This document shows positions 36,166-44,497 of a stretch of DNA of 44,883 bases, piece after piece. Within the stretch, counting starts at the first letter, position 1, and every line of letters starts with the position of its first letter. Origin of the DNA: Escherichia phage EEc2; the sequence record ON210144.1; one strand, 5' to 3'. The notes under the pieces were generated by a model. The model was not told where the DNA came from, did no database searches, and saw only the letters and a list, made by a program, of their open reading frames with translations. A program made the position numbers and the translations under genes.

Positions 36166-36448
36166 ACATGCAGCTACAGAGGATGAGGTTGGCATTCTGC
36201 ATGGTGCTATTACCAAAATCTTCAATAAGAAAGCACAGGCAATACTGGACACTATAGAAGAAGACCCTGATGCAGCATTACATTTAGTGTCTGGTAAGGA
36301 TATTGGTGCGATGTGTAAGTGGGTTCTTGATAACGGCATTACCGCCACACCTGCTGCACAGCAGGAAGAGTCCAAGTTATCTAAGCGCCTCAAGGCTATC
36401 CGAGAGGCATCCAGTGGTAAGATAATTCAATTCACTAAGGAGGATTGA
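36149..36448 (+). CDS. Terminase small subunit (gp18-like), about 99 aa
   Basis: GTG 36149 with GGAGGG 7 nt upstream, overlapping the holin 3' end; stop overlaps the large-terminase ATG. Assigned by synteny; start uncertain. Confidence 0.55.
   Translation: MSVHNKHAATEDEVGILHGAITKIFNKKAQAILDTIEEDPDAALHLVSGKDIGAMCKWVLDNGITATPAAQQEESKLSKRLKAIREASSGKIIQFTKED
36240..36260 (+). promoter_or_regulatory. Internal phage-promoter-like sequence P9 (CAATACTGGACACTATAGAAG) inside the small terminase gene
   Basis: 18 of 21 positions match consensus, including the full TACTGGACACTATAGAAG; lacks the upstream ATTT. Predicted +1 G at 36257. Confidence 0.45.
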
Positions 36449-38343
36449 TGGCTAAGGCAAGAGAATCACAAGCGGAGGCTCTTGCCAGATGGGAGATGCT
36501 ACAGGAGTTACAGCAGACCTTTCCTTACACAGCGGAAGGTTTGCTTCTCTTTGCAGATACAGTTATTCATAACTTAATTGCAGGCAACCCTCATCTGATT
36601 CGTATGCAGGCTGATATCTTGAAGTTCCTATTTTACGGACACAAGTACCGCCTCATCGAAGCGCCTCGTGGTATCGCTAAGACAACACTATCAGCAATCT
36701 ATACGGTATTCCGTATTATTCATGAACCGCATAAGCGTATCATGGTTGTGTCCCAAAACGCCAAGCGAGCAGAGGAAATCGCAGGTTGGGTAGTTAAAAT
36801 CTTCCGTGGCTTAGACTTTCTTGAGTTTATGCTGCCGGATATCTACGCTGGGGACCGTGCATCCGTTAAGGCGTTTGAGATTCATTACACCCTACGTGGT
36901 AGTGATAAGTCTCCTTCTGTATCCTGTTACTCAATCGAAGCAGGTATGCAGGGTGCTCGTGCTGATATTATTCTAGCGGATGACGTAGAGTCGATGCAGA
37001 ACGCTCGTACGGCAGCGGGCCGTGCCTTGCTTGAGGAACTGACTAAGGAGTTTGAATCTATCAACCAGTTTGGGGATATCATTTACCTTGGTACACCTCA
37101 GAACGTAAACTCTATCTACAACAACCTACCTGCTCGTGGTTACTCTGTTCGTATCTGGACTGCGCGTTACCCTTCAGTAGAGCAAGAGCAATGTTATGGC
37201 GACTTCCTTGCACCTATGATTGTTCAAGATATGAAGGACAACCCAGCACTTCGCTCAGGGTACGGGTTGGATGGTAATAGTGGTGCACCTTGTGCCCCTG
37301 AAATGTATGATGATGAAGTCCTGATTGAGAAGGAAATCTCTCAGGGTGCTGCTAAGTTCCAGCTTCAGTTCATGCTTAACACTCGCATGATGGATGCTGA
37401 CAGATACCCATTACGCCTGAACAATCTAATCTTCACCTCGTTTGGTACAGAGGAAGTCCCTGTGATGCCTACGTGGAGTAATGATTCCATAAACATCATT
37501 GGTGATGCACCTAAGTATGGTAACAAGCCTACGGATTTCATGTACAGACCTGTAGCTCGCCCATACGAATGGGGTGCTGTCTCCCGCAAGATTATGTATA
37601 TTGACCCTGCGGGTGGTGGTAAGAACGGAGATGAGACGGGTGTAGCCATCGTATTCCTGCACGGCACATTCATTTATGTGTATCAGTGCTTTGGTGTACC
37701 TGGCGGATACCGAGAATCGTCCCTGAATCGCATTGTGCAGGCCGCAAAGCAAGCGGGTGTTAAAGAGGTATTCATTGAGAAAAACTTTGGTCATGGCGCG
37801 TTTGAGGCTGTTATAAAGCCATACTTTGAGCGAGAATGGCCTGTGACTATTGAAGAGGATTACGCCACTGGTCAAAAAGAACTCCGTATCATAGAGACAT
37901 TGGAGCCGCTGATGACCGCGCATAGGCTTATCTTCAATGCAGAGATGGTCAAGTCGGATTTCGCTTCAGTACAGAACTACCCGCTTGAACTGCGGATGTC
38001 TTATAGTCTGTTCCATCAAATGTCGAACATCACTATTGAGAAGAACAGCCTCAGGCACGATGACCGCTTAGACGCTCTGTATGGCGCTGTGCGTCAATTA
38101 ACTTCTCAGATAGACTATGACGAGGTTACTCGAATTAATCGCCTCAGAGCGCAGGAGATGCGTGATTATATACAGGCGATGAATACACCTAGGCTTCGTA
38201 GGGCCATGCTGTACGGTGATTATGGTGATGAGCGAAGAACAACTAACACCTCTCTAGCGATGCAGCAGAGGGTTTACGGGCAGAATTGGAGGCACCGCTC
38301 TGGGTCTAGAAATACACTTTCCTCAAGGATTTCAAGGATTTAG
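36448..38343 (+). CDS. Terminase large subunit (T7 gp19-like)
   Basis: ATG 36448 with TAAGGAGG upstream (track start 36445 is TTG); ATPase and nuclease motif regions typical of T7-type large terminase. Confidence 0.9.
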   Translation: MAKARESQAEALARWEMLQELQQTFPYTAEGLLLFADTVIHNLIAGNPHLIRMQADILKFLFYGHKYRLIEAPRGIAKTTLSAIYTVFRIIHEPHKRIMVVSQNAKRAEEIAGWVVKIFRGLDFLEFMLPDIYAGDRASVKAFEIHYTLRGSDKSPSVSCYSIEAGMQGARADIILADDVESMQNARTAAGRALLEELTKEFESINQFGDIIYLGTPQNVNSIYNNLPARGYSVRIWTARYPSVEQEQCYGDFLAPMIVQDMKDNPALRSGYGLDGNSGAPCAPEMYDDEVLIEKEISQGAAKFQLQFMLNTRMMDADRYPLRLNNLIFTSFGTEEVPVMPTWSNDSINIIGDAPKYGNKPTDFMYRPVARPYEWGAVSRKIMYIDPAGGGKNGDETGVAIVFLHGTFIYVYQCFGVPGGYRESSLNRIVQAAKQAGVKEVFIEKNFGHGAFEAVIKPYFEREWPVTIEEDYATGQKELRIIETLEPLMTAHRLIFNAEMVKSDFASVQNYPLELRMSYSLFHQMSNITIEKNSLRHDDRLDALYGAVRQLTSQIDYDEVTRINRLRAQEMRDYIQAMNTPRLRRAMLYGDYGDERRTTNTSLAMQQRVYGQNWRHRSGSRNTLSSRISRI

Positions 38344-38344
38344 T

Positions 38345-38365
38345 ATTTACTGGACACTATAGGAG
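38345..38365 (+). promoter_or_regulatory. Phage promoter P10 (ATTTACTGGACACTATAGGAG)
   Basis: 20/21 consensus; +1 G at 38362; 2 nt after the terminase stop, upstream of the paralog cluster. Confidence 0.8.
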
Positions 38366-38490
38366 GGATACCAAGAGAATAAAAGGATAATATAGGATTA
38401 CCTAGGCTATATAGGTACACCTTATTATGAGGGTACCCCTGTACCCTCTTCTTACCTACTTCATTATTTACTATAAACAAGGAGTATAGA

Positions 38491-38772
38491 ATGGCTAATA
38501 ATTATAGTGATCAACCACTAACAGGACGATATGATCGAAAGCAGGAGACGCCTGTAAGTGAAGCGTTAATGCTCCCTGTTGTTACAGAGGAGTCTATTAC
38601 GAAGAAATCCAATGTTATCAATGATGCAACCAAATCTGGCAAACAGAAAGCAGCAATGGTGTGTCGCCCTGTAGGTGGCACTCTTGAGATTGCCATTGCT
38701 ACTGGCAGCAAAGAGGATGCAGATTGGTTGTCTGTTAAAATGGATGGCGTTGGTCTTATTACACCGGCTTAA
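38491..38772 (+). CDS. Small protein, paralog A of a tandem family (93 aa)
   Basis: AAGGAG SD; shares ...INxxxxSGKQKxAMVxxxxxGxxxxIAIAxGSxxxDxW... with paralogs B and C. Confidence 0.6.
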   Translation: MANNYSDQPLTGRYDRKQETPVSEALMLPVVTEESITKKSNVINDATKSGKQKAAMVCRPVGGTLEIAIATGSKEDADWLSVKMDGVGLITPA

Positions 38773-38789
38773 TAAAAGGAGAAGATAAT

Positions 38790-39077
38790 ATGTCTAAGTA
38801 TGGCGATGCAGGTACTACTACTGGTCAGGCTTTTCGTGTAAAAGCAGTACAAACTATTGCAACTGCAATCCCTATGCCTATCGTAGCAGAAGCTGACCTT
38901 AAAAAGAAAGATCATCCTATTAATATTGAACACCTATCTGGTAAGCAGAAAGGTGCTATGGTGGTTGTAGATAAGGGAGATAATAGCCTTTATATTGCTA
39001 TTGCACGTGGTTCTGCACCAACTGACCAGTGGGATGTAACTACTATGGAAGCTGTACCTGTAACACCAGGAGCTTAA
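38790..39077 (+). CDS. Small protein, paralog B of a tandem family (95 aa)
   Basis: AAAAGGAGAAG SD; aligns with A and C across HLSGKQKGAMVVVDKGDNSLYIAIARGSAPTDQWD. Confidence 0.6.
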   Translation: MSKYGDAGTTTGQAFRVKAVQTIATAIPMPIVAEADLKKKDHPINIEHLSGKQKGAMVVVDKGDNSLYIAIARGSAPTDQWDVTTMEAVPVTPGA

Positions 39078-39078
39078 T

Positions 39079-39291
39079 ATGCTGGGAGTAACAGGACAAC
39101 GCAATAAGAATGTAGCCACCAAAGTAGTGGCTGATTTAGCTACTGCTGCTACTGTAGAGGAATTACAAGATCAACATAGCTCTATTAACCGTGCTGACCT
39201 TTCTGGTAAACAAGAAGGTTCCGCTGTTATTGTTAAGAAAGAAGATGGGAATTATTCTATCTTTTGTAGCAACAGGAAGCAAGCCGACTGA
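39079..39291 (+). CDS. Paralog C, N-terminal portion (70 aa), terminated by a frame change relative to A and B
   Basis: AGGAG SD; ...DLSGKQEGSAVIVKKEDGNYSIF then stop after 8 non-homologous codons; the homologous continuation is in the +1 frame. Confidence 0.5.
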   Translation: MLGVTGQRNKNVATKVVADLATAATVEELQDQHSSINRADLSGKQEGSAVIVKKEDGNYSIFCSNRKQAD

Positions 39292-39769
39292 TGTGTGGAA
39301 AGAGTTGTCTCCAACAATACCAGAGCAAGAGATGCCTGCTGAATACATTGATATGATTGATGTTCAAATTCATCAAGATTCTGCAAGCAACTTACGCATA
39401 GACTCTTCTCGCACTAGTTTAATACAAACACCAATGTGGGATACTGAAGGTGAGTTGTTATTCCGTAATACACTAAGTGCAACATGTTCTTGTACTATTC
39501 TTGTTGATGGTGCGTCTGGTGTTCGTCAGGATTTTACTTTTAAGATTAATGGACTTTTAGAGCAGGAAGAGCAGTATTATGATATTGACACACTTATGTG
39601 CTCTATTCACTCTGCAACAACAACTAATGGCCTTACCTTGTGTATGCCAGATGCTAAAAGTGCAAAGACTAATAAAGTGGTAGTTAAGATCGACACTATG
39701 CAGTCATTAGCTATGAGCTTTGATCTTAACTTCCTTGTAGAATGGACGTCACCAACGAGGTTACTATAA
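39245..39769 (+). CDS. Paralog C, C-terminal portion in the +1 frame (about 174 aa from the first ATG)
   Basis: +1-frame ORF whose beginning (...SFVATGSKPTDVWKEL) continues the paralog alignment; internal ATG at 39245 has only a weak purine-rich SD. Confidence 0.4.
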   Translation: MGIILSFVATGSKPTDVWKELSPTIPEQEMPAEYIDMIDVQIHQDSASNLRIDSSRTSLIQTPMWDTEGELLFRNTLSATCSCTILVDGASGVRQDFTFKINGLLEQEEQYYDIDTLMCSIHSATTTNGLTLCMPDAKSAKTNKVVVKIDTMQSLAMSFDLNFLVEWTSPTRLL

Positions 39770-40113
39770 TGCTAAATCAATACTTCAAGCGTAAAGAATT
39801 TGCTTGCCGTTGTGGGTGCGGTACATCCACTGTTGATGCTGAGTTACTACAGGCAGTAACAGATGTGCGTGAGCACTTTGGTGCTCCTGTGGTTATTACT
39901 TCTGGTCATCGTTGCCCCAAGCACAACGCTGATGTAGGTGGAGCTAAGAACTCCATGCATCTTACTGGTAAGGCTGCTGACATTAAGGTACGAGGCATCT
40001 TACCTTCTGATGTACATAAGTATCTTACTGATAAGTACCAAGGCAAGTATGGTATTGGTAAGTATACCTCCTTTACTCATATTGATGTACGTAACGGGTG
40101 TGCACGATGGTAG
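39769..40113 (+). CDS. Endolysin, peptidase M15-type (114 aa)
   Basis: HRCPKHN and NSMHLTGKAADI (SxHxxGxAxD) and THIDVR match the zinc peptidase M15 endolysin pattern; ATG 39769 (track start 39742 lacks RBS). Confidence 0.75.
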   Translation: MLNQYFKRKEFACRCGCGTSTVDAELLQAVTDVREHFGAPVVITSGHRCPKHNADVGGAKNSMHLTGKAADIKVRGILPSDVHKYLTDKYQGKYGIGKYTSFTHIDVRNGCARW

Positions 40114-40221
40114 GTTGTGTTGCATGGTGTGAACGCATGGTTGCTAAGGCTTCAGAGGAAGGCAACTATGAAGATTGGCAGAACTACTCAACTTTATTAG
40201 CTCAATGGAAAGGGAGATGCA

Positions 40222-40371
40222 ATGAAAAAGCTGTTTAAGTCTAAGAAGGTTGTAGGTGCACTGGTTGCACTTGTTATTGCTCTTGTTTCTGTAGGTCTTG
40301 GTGTAGACCTTGGCTCTGGCACGGAATCCTCTGTGACAGATGTGGTCTGCCAAGTGATCACCTGTGAATAA
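40222..40371 (+). CDS. Small single-pass membrane protein next to the lysis genes (49 aa)
   Basis: AGGGAG SD; translates MKKLFKSKKVVGALVALVIALVSVGLGVDLGSGTESSVTDVVCQVITCE. Below the ORF-track cut-off. Confidence 0.4.
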   Translation: MKKLFKSKKVVGALVALVIALVSVGLGVDLGSGTESSVTDVVCQVITCE

Positions 40372-40585
40372 GTTTCTAGAAGTTCTGGCAGGTCTTATTG
40401 GCCTGCTTGTCTCTGCTAAGAAGAAACAAGAAGAGAAGGAGGCACAAAGTGAAGCGAATCATGTTAGTGACAACCCTTCTGATTGGTTCGCTGACCACTT
40501 CCGGGTGTCAGCAGGCGTTACCAGAGAAAGCAATGGTGAAACCTCTGAGGCCGACGCTGACGGAAGTTTACGAGGTAGACGATAA
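40364..40585 (+). CDS. Putative i-spanin (Rz-like), 73 aa
   Basis: N-terminal TM segment FLEVLAGLIGLLVSA then a charged periplasmic part; overlaps an out-of-frame lipoprotein ORF. GTG start, weak SD, short for an Rz. Confidence 0.5.
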   Translation: MNKFLEVLAGLIGLLVSAKKKQEEKEAQSEANHVSDNPSDWFADHFRVSAGVTRESNGETSEADADGSLRGRR

Positions 40586-40658
40586 GGTCTGCTTTAGTAA
40601 TCCTGACGCTACAAAACTTGGTTTGTACATTCTCTCGCTAGAACGCGGATACAATTAA
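40449..40658 (+). CDS. Putative o-spanin (Rz1-like lipoprotein), about 69 aa
   Basis: Starts inside the Rz-like ORF in another frame and extends past it; signal-like LVTTLLIGSLTTSGC with lipobox-like Cys. GTG 40449 has AAGGAGG 6 nt upstream; alternative ATG at 40461. Confidence 0.5.
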   Translation: MKRIMLVTTLLIGSLTTSGCQQALPEKAMVKPLRPTLTEVYEVDDKVCFSNPDATKLGLYILSLERGYN

Positions 40659-40687
40659 TACATAGCTTTATGTATCAGTGTCTTACG

Positions 40688-40708
40688 ATTTACTGGACAC
40701 TATAGAAG
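40688..40708 (+). promoter_or_regulatory. Phage promoter P11 (ATTTACTGGACACTATAGAAG), tailspike promoter
   Basis: Exact consensus; +1 G at 40705; 82 nt upstream of the tailspike 1 ATG. Confidence 0.85.
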
Positions 40709-40789
40709 AGGTAAGATAGCGCCGTTCTTTTGAGCGGCCTATTACTAGCCAATCTTCATAGGGAGGGTTGGAAAGTAATAGGAGATAGC

Positions 40790-42688
40790 ATGGCTAAATT
40801 AACCAAACCTAATACTGAAGGAATCTTGCATAAAGGGCAATCTTTGTATGAGTACCTTGATGCGAGAGTTTTAACATCAAAGCCGTTTGGTGCTGTAGGT
40901 GACGCCACTACTGATGATACTGAGGTTATAGCTGCTTCATTAAACTCTCAGAAAGCTGTCACAGTCTCAGACGGTGTATTCTCTAGCTCTGGTATTAATA
41001 GTAATTACTGTAACTTAGACGGCAGGGGTAGTGGCGTGCTAAGTCACCGTTCAAGTACAGGTAACTACTTAGTATTTAACAATCTACGTGCAGGTCGCTT
41101 AAGTAATATTACGGTAGAAAGTAATAAGGCGACTGATACAACTCAGGGACAGCAGGTATCCCTTGCTGGTGGAAGTGATGTTACTGTAAGTGACGTTAAC
41201 TTCTCAAACGTTAAAGGTACTGGTTTCAGTTTAATCGCATACCCTAATGATGCGCCACCGGATGGACTTATGATTAAAGGCATTCGAGGTAGCTATTCCG
41301 GCTATGCTACTAATAAGGCAGCCGGATGCGTACTTGCTGACTCCTCAGTTAACTCCCTCATAGATAACGTCATTGCTAAGAACTACCCTCAGTTCGGAGC
41401 AGTAGAGTTGAAAGGTACAGCCAGTTACAACATAGTCAGTAATGTTATAGGGGCAGATTGCCAGCATGTAACTTACAACGGCACTGAAGGGCCAATAGCT
41501 CCCTCTAATAACCTTATCAATGGGGTAGTGGCTAATAATCCTAAGTATGCAGCGGTTGTTGCAGGCAAAGGTAGTACGAACTTAATATCAGATGTGCTCG
41601 TAGATTACTCAACCTCTGATGCTAGGCAGGCTCATGGTGTTACAGTAGAGGGTTCTGATAACGTCATAAATAATGTGCTTATGTCAGGATGTGATGGTAC
41701 TAACTCTTTAGGACAAAGTCAGACTGCTACAATTGCGCGCTTTAGAGGTACAGCTAATAACAACTATGCGTCTGTATTTCCTAGCTACAGTGCTACAGGT
41801 GTTATTACTTTCGAATCAGGCTCTACCCGTAACTTCGTAGAGGTAAAGCACCCTGGCAGGAGAAACGACCTTCTCAGTTCTGCTAGTACTATTGACGGTG
41901 CAGCTACTATTGACGGCACTAGTAATAGTAACGTAGTGCACGCACCTGCCTTAGGGCAGTACATAGGTAGTATGTCAGGCAGGTTCGAATGGCGGATTAA
42001 GTCCATGTCACTCCCTTCAGGCGTTCTTACTTCTGCCGATAAGTACAGAATGCTTGGAGATGGTGCTGTGTCATTAGCTGTAGGTGGGGGCACTTCTTCT
42101 CAAATTCGCCTATTTACTTCTGATGGTACTTCTCGTACAGTGTCCCTCACCAACGGTAACGTGCGTCTTTCTACCAGTAGCACAGGCTTTTTGCAGTTAG
42201 GTGCTGATGCAATGACCCCAGACAGTACTGGTACATACGCATTAGGTTCCGCCAGCCGAGCATGGTCTGGCGGTTTTACTCAAGCAGCATTCACTGTTAC
42301 CTCAGATGCTCGGTGTAAAACAGAACCTCTTACTATCTCAGATGCCTTACTGGATGCTTGGTCTGAAGTTGACTTTGTGCAGTTTCAGTATTTGGATCGT
42401 GTTGAGGAGAAGGGTGCAGACTCAGCTAGATGGCACTTCGGTATCATCGCTCAGCGAGCTAAGGAGGCTTTCGAACGTCACGGTATAGATGCACATCGCT
42501 ATGGCTTCTTGTGCTTCGACAGTTGGGATGATGTATACGAGGAAGATGCCAATGGCTCTCGTAAACTGATTACACCAGCAGGTTCCCGCTACGGTATTCG
42601 TTACGAGGAAGTACTGATATTAGAGGCTGCGTTGATGCGGAGGACTATTAAGCGTATGCAGGAAGCACTAGCTTCCCTGCCTAAGTAA
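40790..42688 (+). CDS. Tailspike 1: beta-helix polysaccharide depolymerase with C-terminal intramolecular-chaperone autoprotease domain, 632 aa
   Basis: ATG 40790 with GGAG upstream (track start 40730 is TTG). N-terminal FGAVGDATTDDTEVI pectate-lyase-like motif; C-terminal 128 aa starting SDARCK match the self-cleaving chaperone domain of endosialidases and T5 L-shaped fibre. Confidence 0.85.
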   Translation: MAKLTKPNTEGILHKGQSLYEYLDARVLTSKPFGAVGDATTDDTEVIAASLNSQKAVTVSDGVFSSSGINSNYCNLDGRGSGVLSHRSSTGNYLVFNNLRAGRLSNITVESNKATDTTQGQQVSLAGGSDVTVSDVNFSNVKGTGFSLIAYPNDAPPDGLMIKGIRGSYSGYATNKAAGCVLADSSVNSLIDNVIAKNYPQFGAVELKGTASYNIVSNVIGADCQHVTYNGTEGPIAPSNNLINGVVANNPKYAAVVAGKGSTNLISDVLVDYSTSDARQAHGVTVEGSDNVINNVLMSGCDGTNSLGQSQTATIARFRGTANNNYASVFPSYSATGVITFESGSTRNFVEVKHPGRRNDLLSSASTIDGAATIDGTSNSNVVHAPALGQYIGSMSGRFEWRIKSMSLPSGVLTSADKYRMLGDGAVSLAVGGGTSSQIRLFTSDGTSRTVSLTNGNVRLSTSSTGFLQLGADAMTPDSTGTYALGSASRAWSGGFTQAAFTVTSDARCKTEPLTISDALLDAWSEVDFVQFQYLDRVEEKGADSARWHFGIIAQRAKEAFERHGIDAHRYGFLCFDSWDDVYEEDANGSRKLITPAGSRYGIRYEEVLILEAALMRRTIKRMQEALASLPK

Positions 42689-42695
42689 GCAACAG

Positions 42696-42717
42696 GCAGT
42701 GCGTAAGCACTGCTTTT
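42696..42717 (+). terminator. Short hairpin plus T-run between the two tailspike genes (weak terminator or attenuator)
   Basis: Perfect 7-bp stem GCAGTGC-GTAA-GCACTGC followed by TTTT, 8 nt after the tailspike 1 stop. Confidence 0.5.
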
Positions 42718-42773
42718 CACGCAACTTTTCTTAAAGGTTATCATGGTGGTAGCCTTTCAGAAGAGGAGGTTAC

Positions 42774-44486
42774 ATGCTTCAAAGATTAAGTGCTTACTTG
42801 GTGAAGTACAAGAGTAAACTAACAGGTACTATTGAGCGCCTGCTATCTGATAAACTATCGGATACAATAGATGTTGCGGATTTTGGAGTTACTCCATCTT
42901 CCAATGACAACAGGCAAGCACTTCAAGCTGCGTTCAATGCAGTCAGAGTGTTAGGCGGTGGCACTGTATTAGTCACTAAAGCTGGAAAATACAAACTCAG
43001 TGGTACTGTTGAGATATTTGCTAATACACACTTCAAGGTGGCTAAAGGTGTAACATTTGTACGTGACTACGAAACAGGAGATACGCTATTCAGATTATCA
43101 CAAGGGCAAGCTAGTAATGTAACAGTCAGTGGAGGTATCTATGAAGGCAATGGTCACACTAAGGGAGATACACCTTTTGTAGTATTTGCATCTACTAGTA
43201 ATAATGATTTGAAGTTTGAAGGCATAACAGTTAACAATGTAGTGGACTACCACGCCATAGATTTAGCAGATTGGAACAACGTAGTTATTCGTGATTGTAA
43301 ATTCCTAGGTTTTAAGAATACAGGCAGTCGTAACTTCTCAGAGGCTATACAGTTAGACCCAGGTCTTATTACAGTTGGTCACTATGTACAGTCAAGTGGT
43401 ATGCTGGTGGAGAATTGCTATGCTGGTCCAAACACAGAATCAGGGTTTGGAGGTTATGGTGCACTAATTGGAAATCACGCCTCAGCTTACGGTGTACAGG
43501 ACAACAATATCCGTATCTTGAATTGCACTACAGATGGTGCTCTCTTTGCAGGTGTACGTGTATTTAACTGGAAAAACTGGACAGTGCGTGGTTGCACATT
43601 TAGGAACTCTAATGCAAGAGGTGTCCATGTTACACCTGTCTCATCTCAGACTAAACCGCAGGGTACTCGACAAGGTAGTATTGTAGATTGCACTTTTGAT
43701 GGCGTAAGGACACCAGTGCTAATTGCTGCACCATCTTGGCCTTTTACCGATATTAGTGACATTTGGCATGACCATATTGAAATTTCTAATAATACTATGA
43801 TCCTCACAGAGGATGTATCCTATGGTGTAGATGCAAGGTGGTGTAAGAATTTAATTGTAAAAGGTAATACAGGCTCTGGTGGCTTAGGGTTAATCGGTTT
43901 ACGCTTTGGGACAAAATACCACATCGAAGGTAATACTTGGGAAAACGGAAGAGGTAGTGGGATTTGGTTAGGTGAGTCTGATGCTACTACATTCATTGGT
44001 ACTGGTTTATCAGGAGAAGGTATACTTAGTCGTAATATCTTCTCTAAATTAGGGCAATATGGTATTCATGTAAACTGCAAGGCTAGCTGTCTAGTGATTA
44101 AAGCCAATAATATGAAGGAAGTATCTACAGCTGAAGCAGGTAGGCACTTCATTAGTATAGACACAGGGGCTAACAACATCCTAGTAGAAGGTAATATTGG
44201 AGTAGACGGAGAAAGCCCTAACAAGCCAAGCCTTGGTATTCGTGTTACTTCTTCTTGTTCCAATATTAAACTCATTGGCAATGATTGCTATGGCACACAG
44301 GCGCCTCAGAATAACCAAGGAGTTGGTTCTAGTACGGTGATTGTTTATGGGCTAAATGGCAACCCTACAACTTTAGGCGTAGGTGCACCTGTAGGCTCTT
44401 TAGCAACTGATATCAATGGTTCTGGTGGTAGTACATTGTACGTTAAAGAATCTGGTACATCTGCTCAAGGTTGGGTTGCAAAGTAG
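42774..44486 (+). CDS. Tailspike 2: second beta-helix depolymerase-like protein, 570 aa
   Basis: Strong SD GAGGAGG; N-terminal DTIDVADFGVTPSSNDNRQALQAAFNA...GGGTVLV motif; Gly/Asn/Thr-rich repeats consistent with parallel beta-helix; no T7 gp17 N-terminal domain. Confidence 0.8.
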   Translation: MLQRLSAYLVKYKSKLTGTIERLLSDKLSDTIDVADFGVTPSSNDNRQALQAAFNAVRVLGGGTVLVTKAGKYKLSGTVEIFANTHFKVAKGVTFVRDYETGDTLFRLSQGQASNVTVSGGIYEGNGHTKGDTPFVVFASTSNNDLKFEGITVNNVVDYHAIDLADWNNVVIRDCKFLGFKNTGSRNFSEAIQLDPGLITVGHYVQSSGMLVENCYAGPNTESGFGGYGALIGNHASAYGVQDNNIRILNCTTDGALFAGVRVFNWKNWTVRGCTFRNSNARGVHVTPVSSQTKPQGTRQGSIVDCTFDGVRTPVLIAAPSWPFTDISDIWHDHIEISNNTMILTEDVSYGVDARWCKNLIVKGNTGSGGLGLIGLRFGTKYHIEGNTWENGRGSGIWLGESDATTFIGTGLSGEGILSRNIFSKLGQYGIHVNCKASCLVIKANNMKEVSTAEAGRHFISIDTGANNILVEGNIGVDGESPNKPSLGIRVTSSCSNIKLIGNDCYGTQAPQNNQGVGSSTVIVYGLNGNPTTLGVGAPVGSLATDINGSGGSTLYVKESGTSAQGWVAK

Positions 44487-44497
44487 TAGGAAGTTGA

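Noticed and set aside
42306-42488. 60-aa ORF inside tailspike 1 in another frame, and similar internal ORFs such as 22636..22845 and 29045..29371
   Set aside because: Nested in well-supported genes, without SD sequences; treated as chance ORFs.
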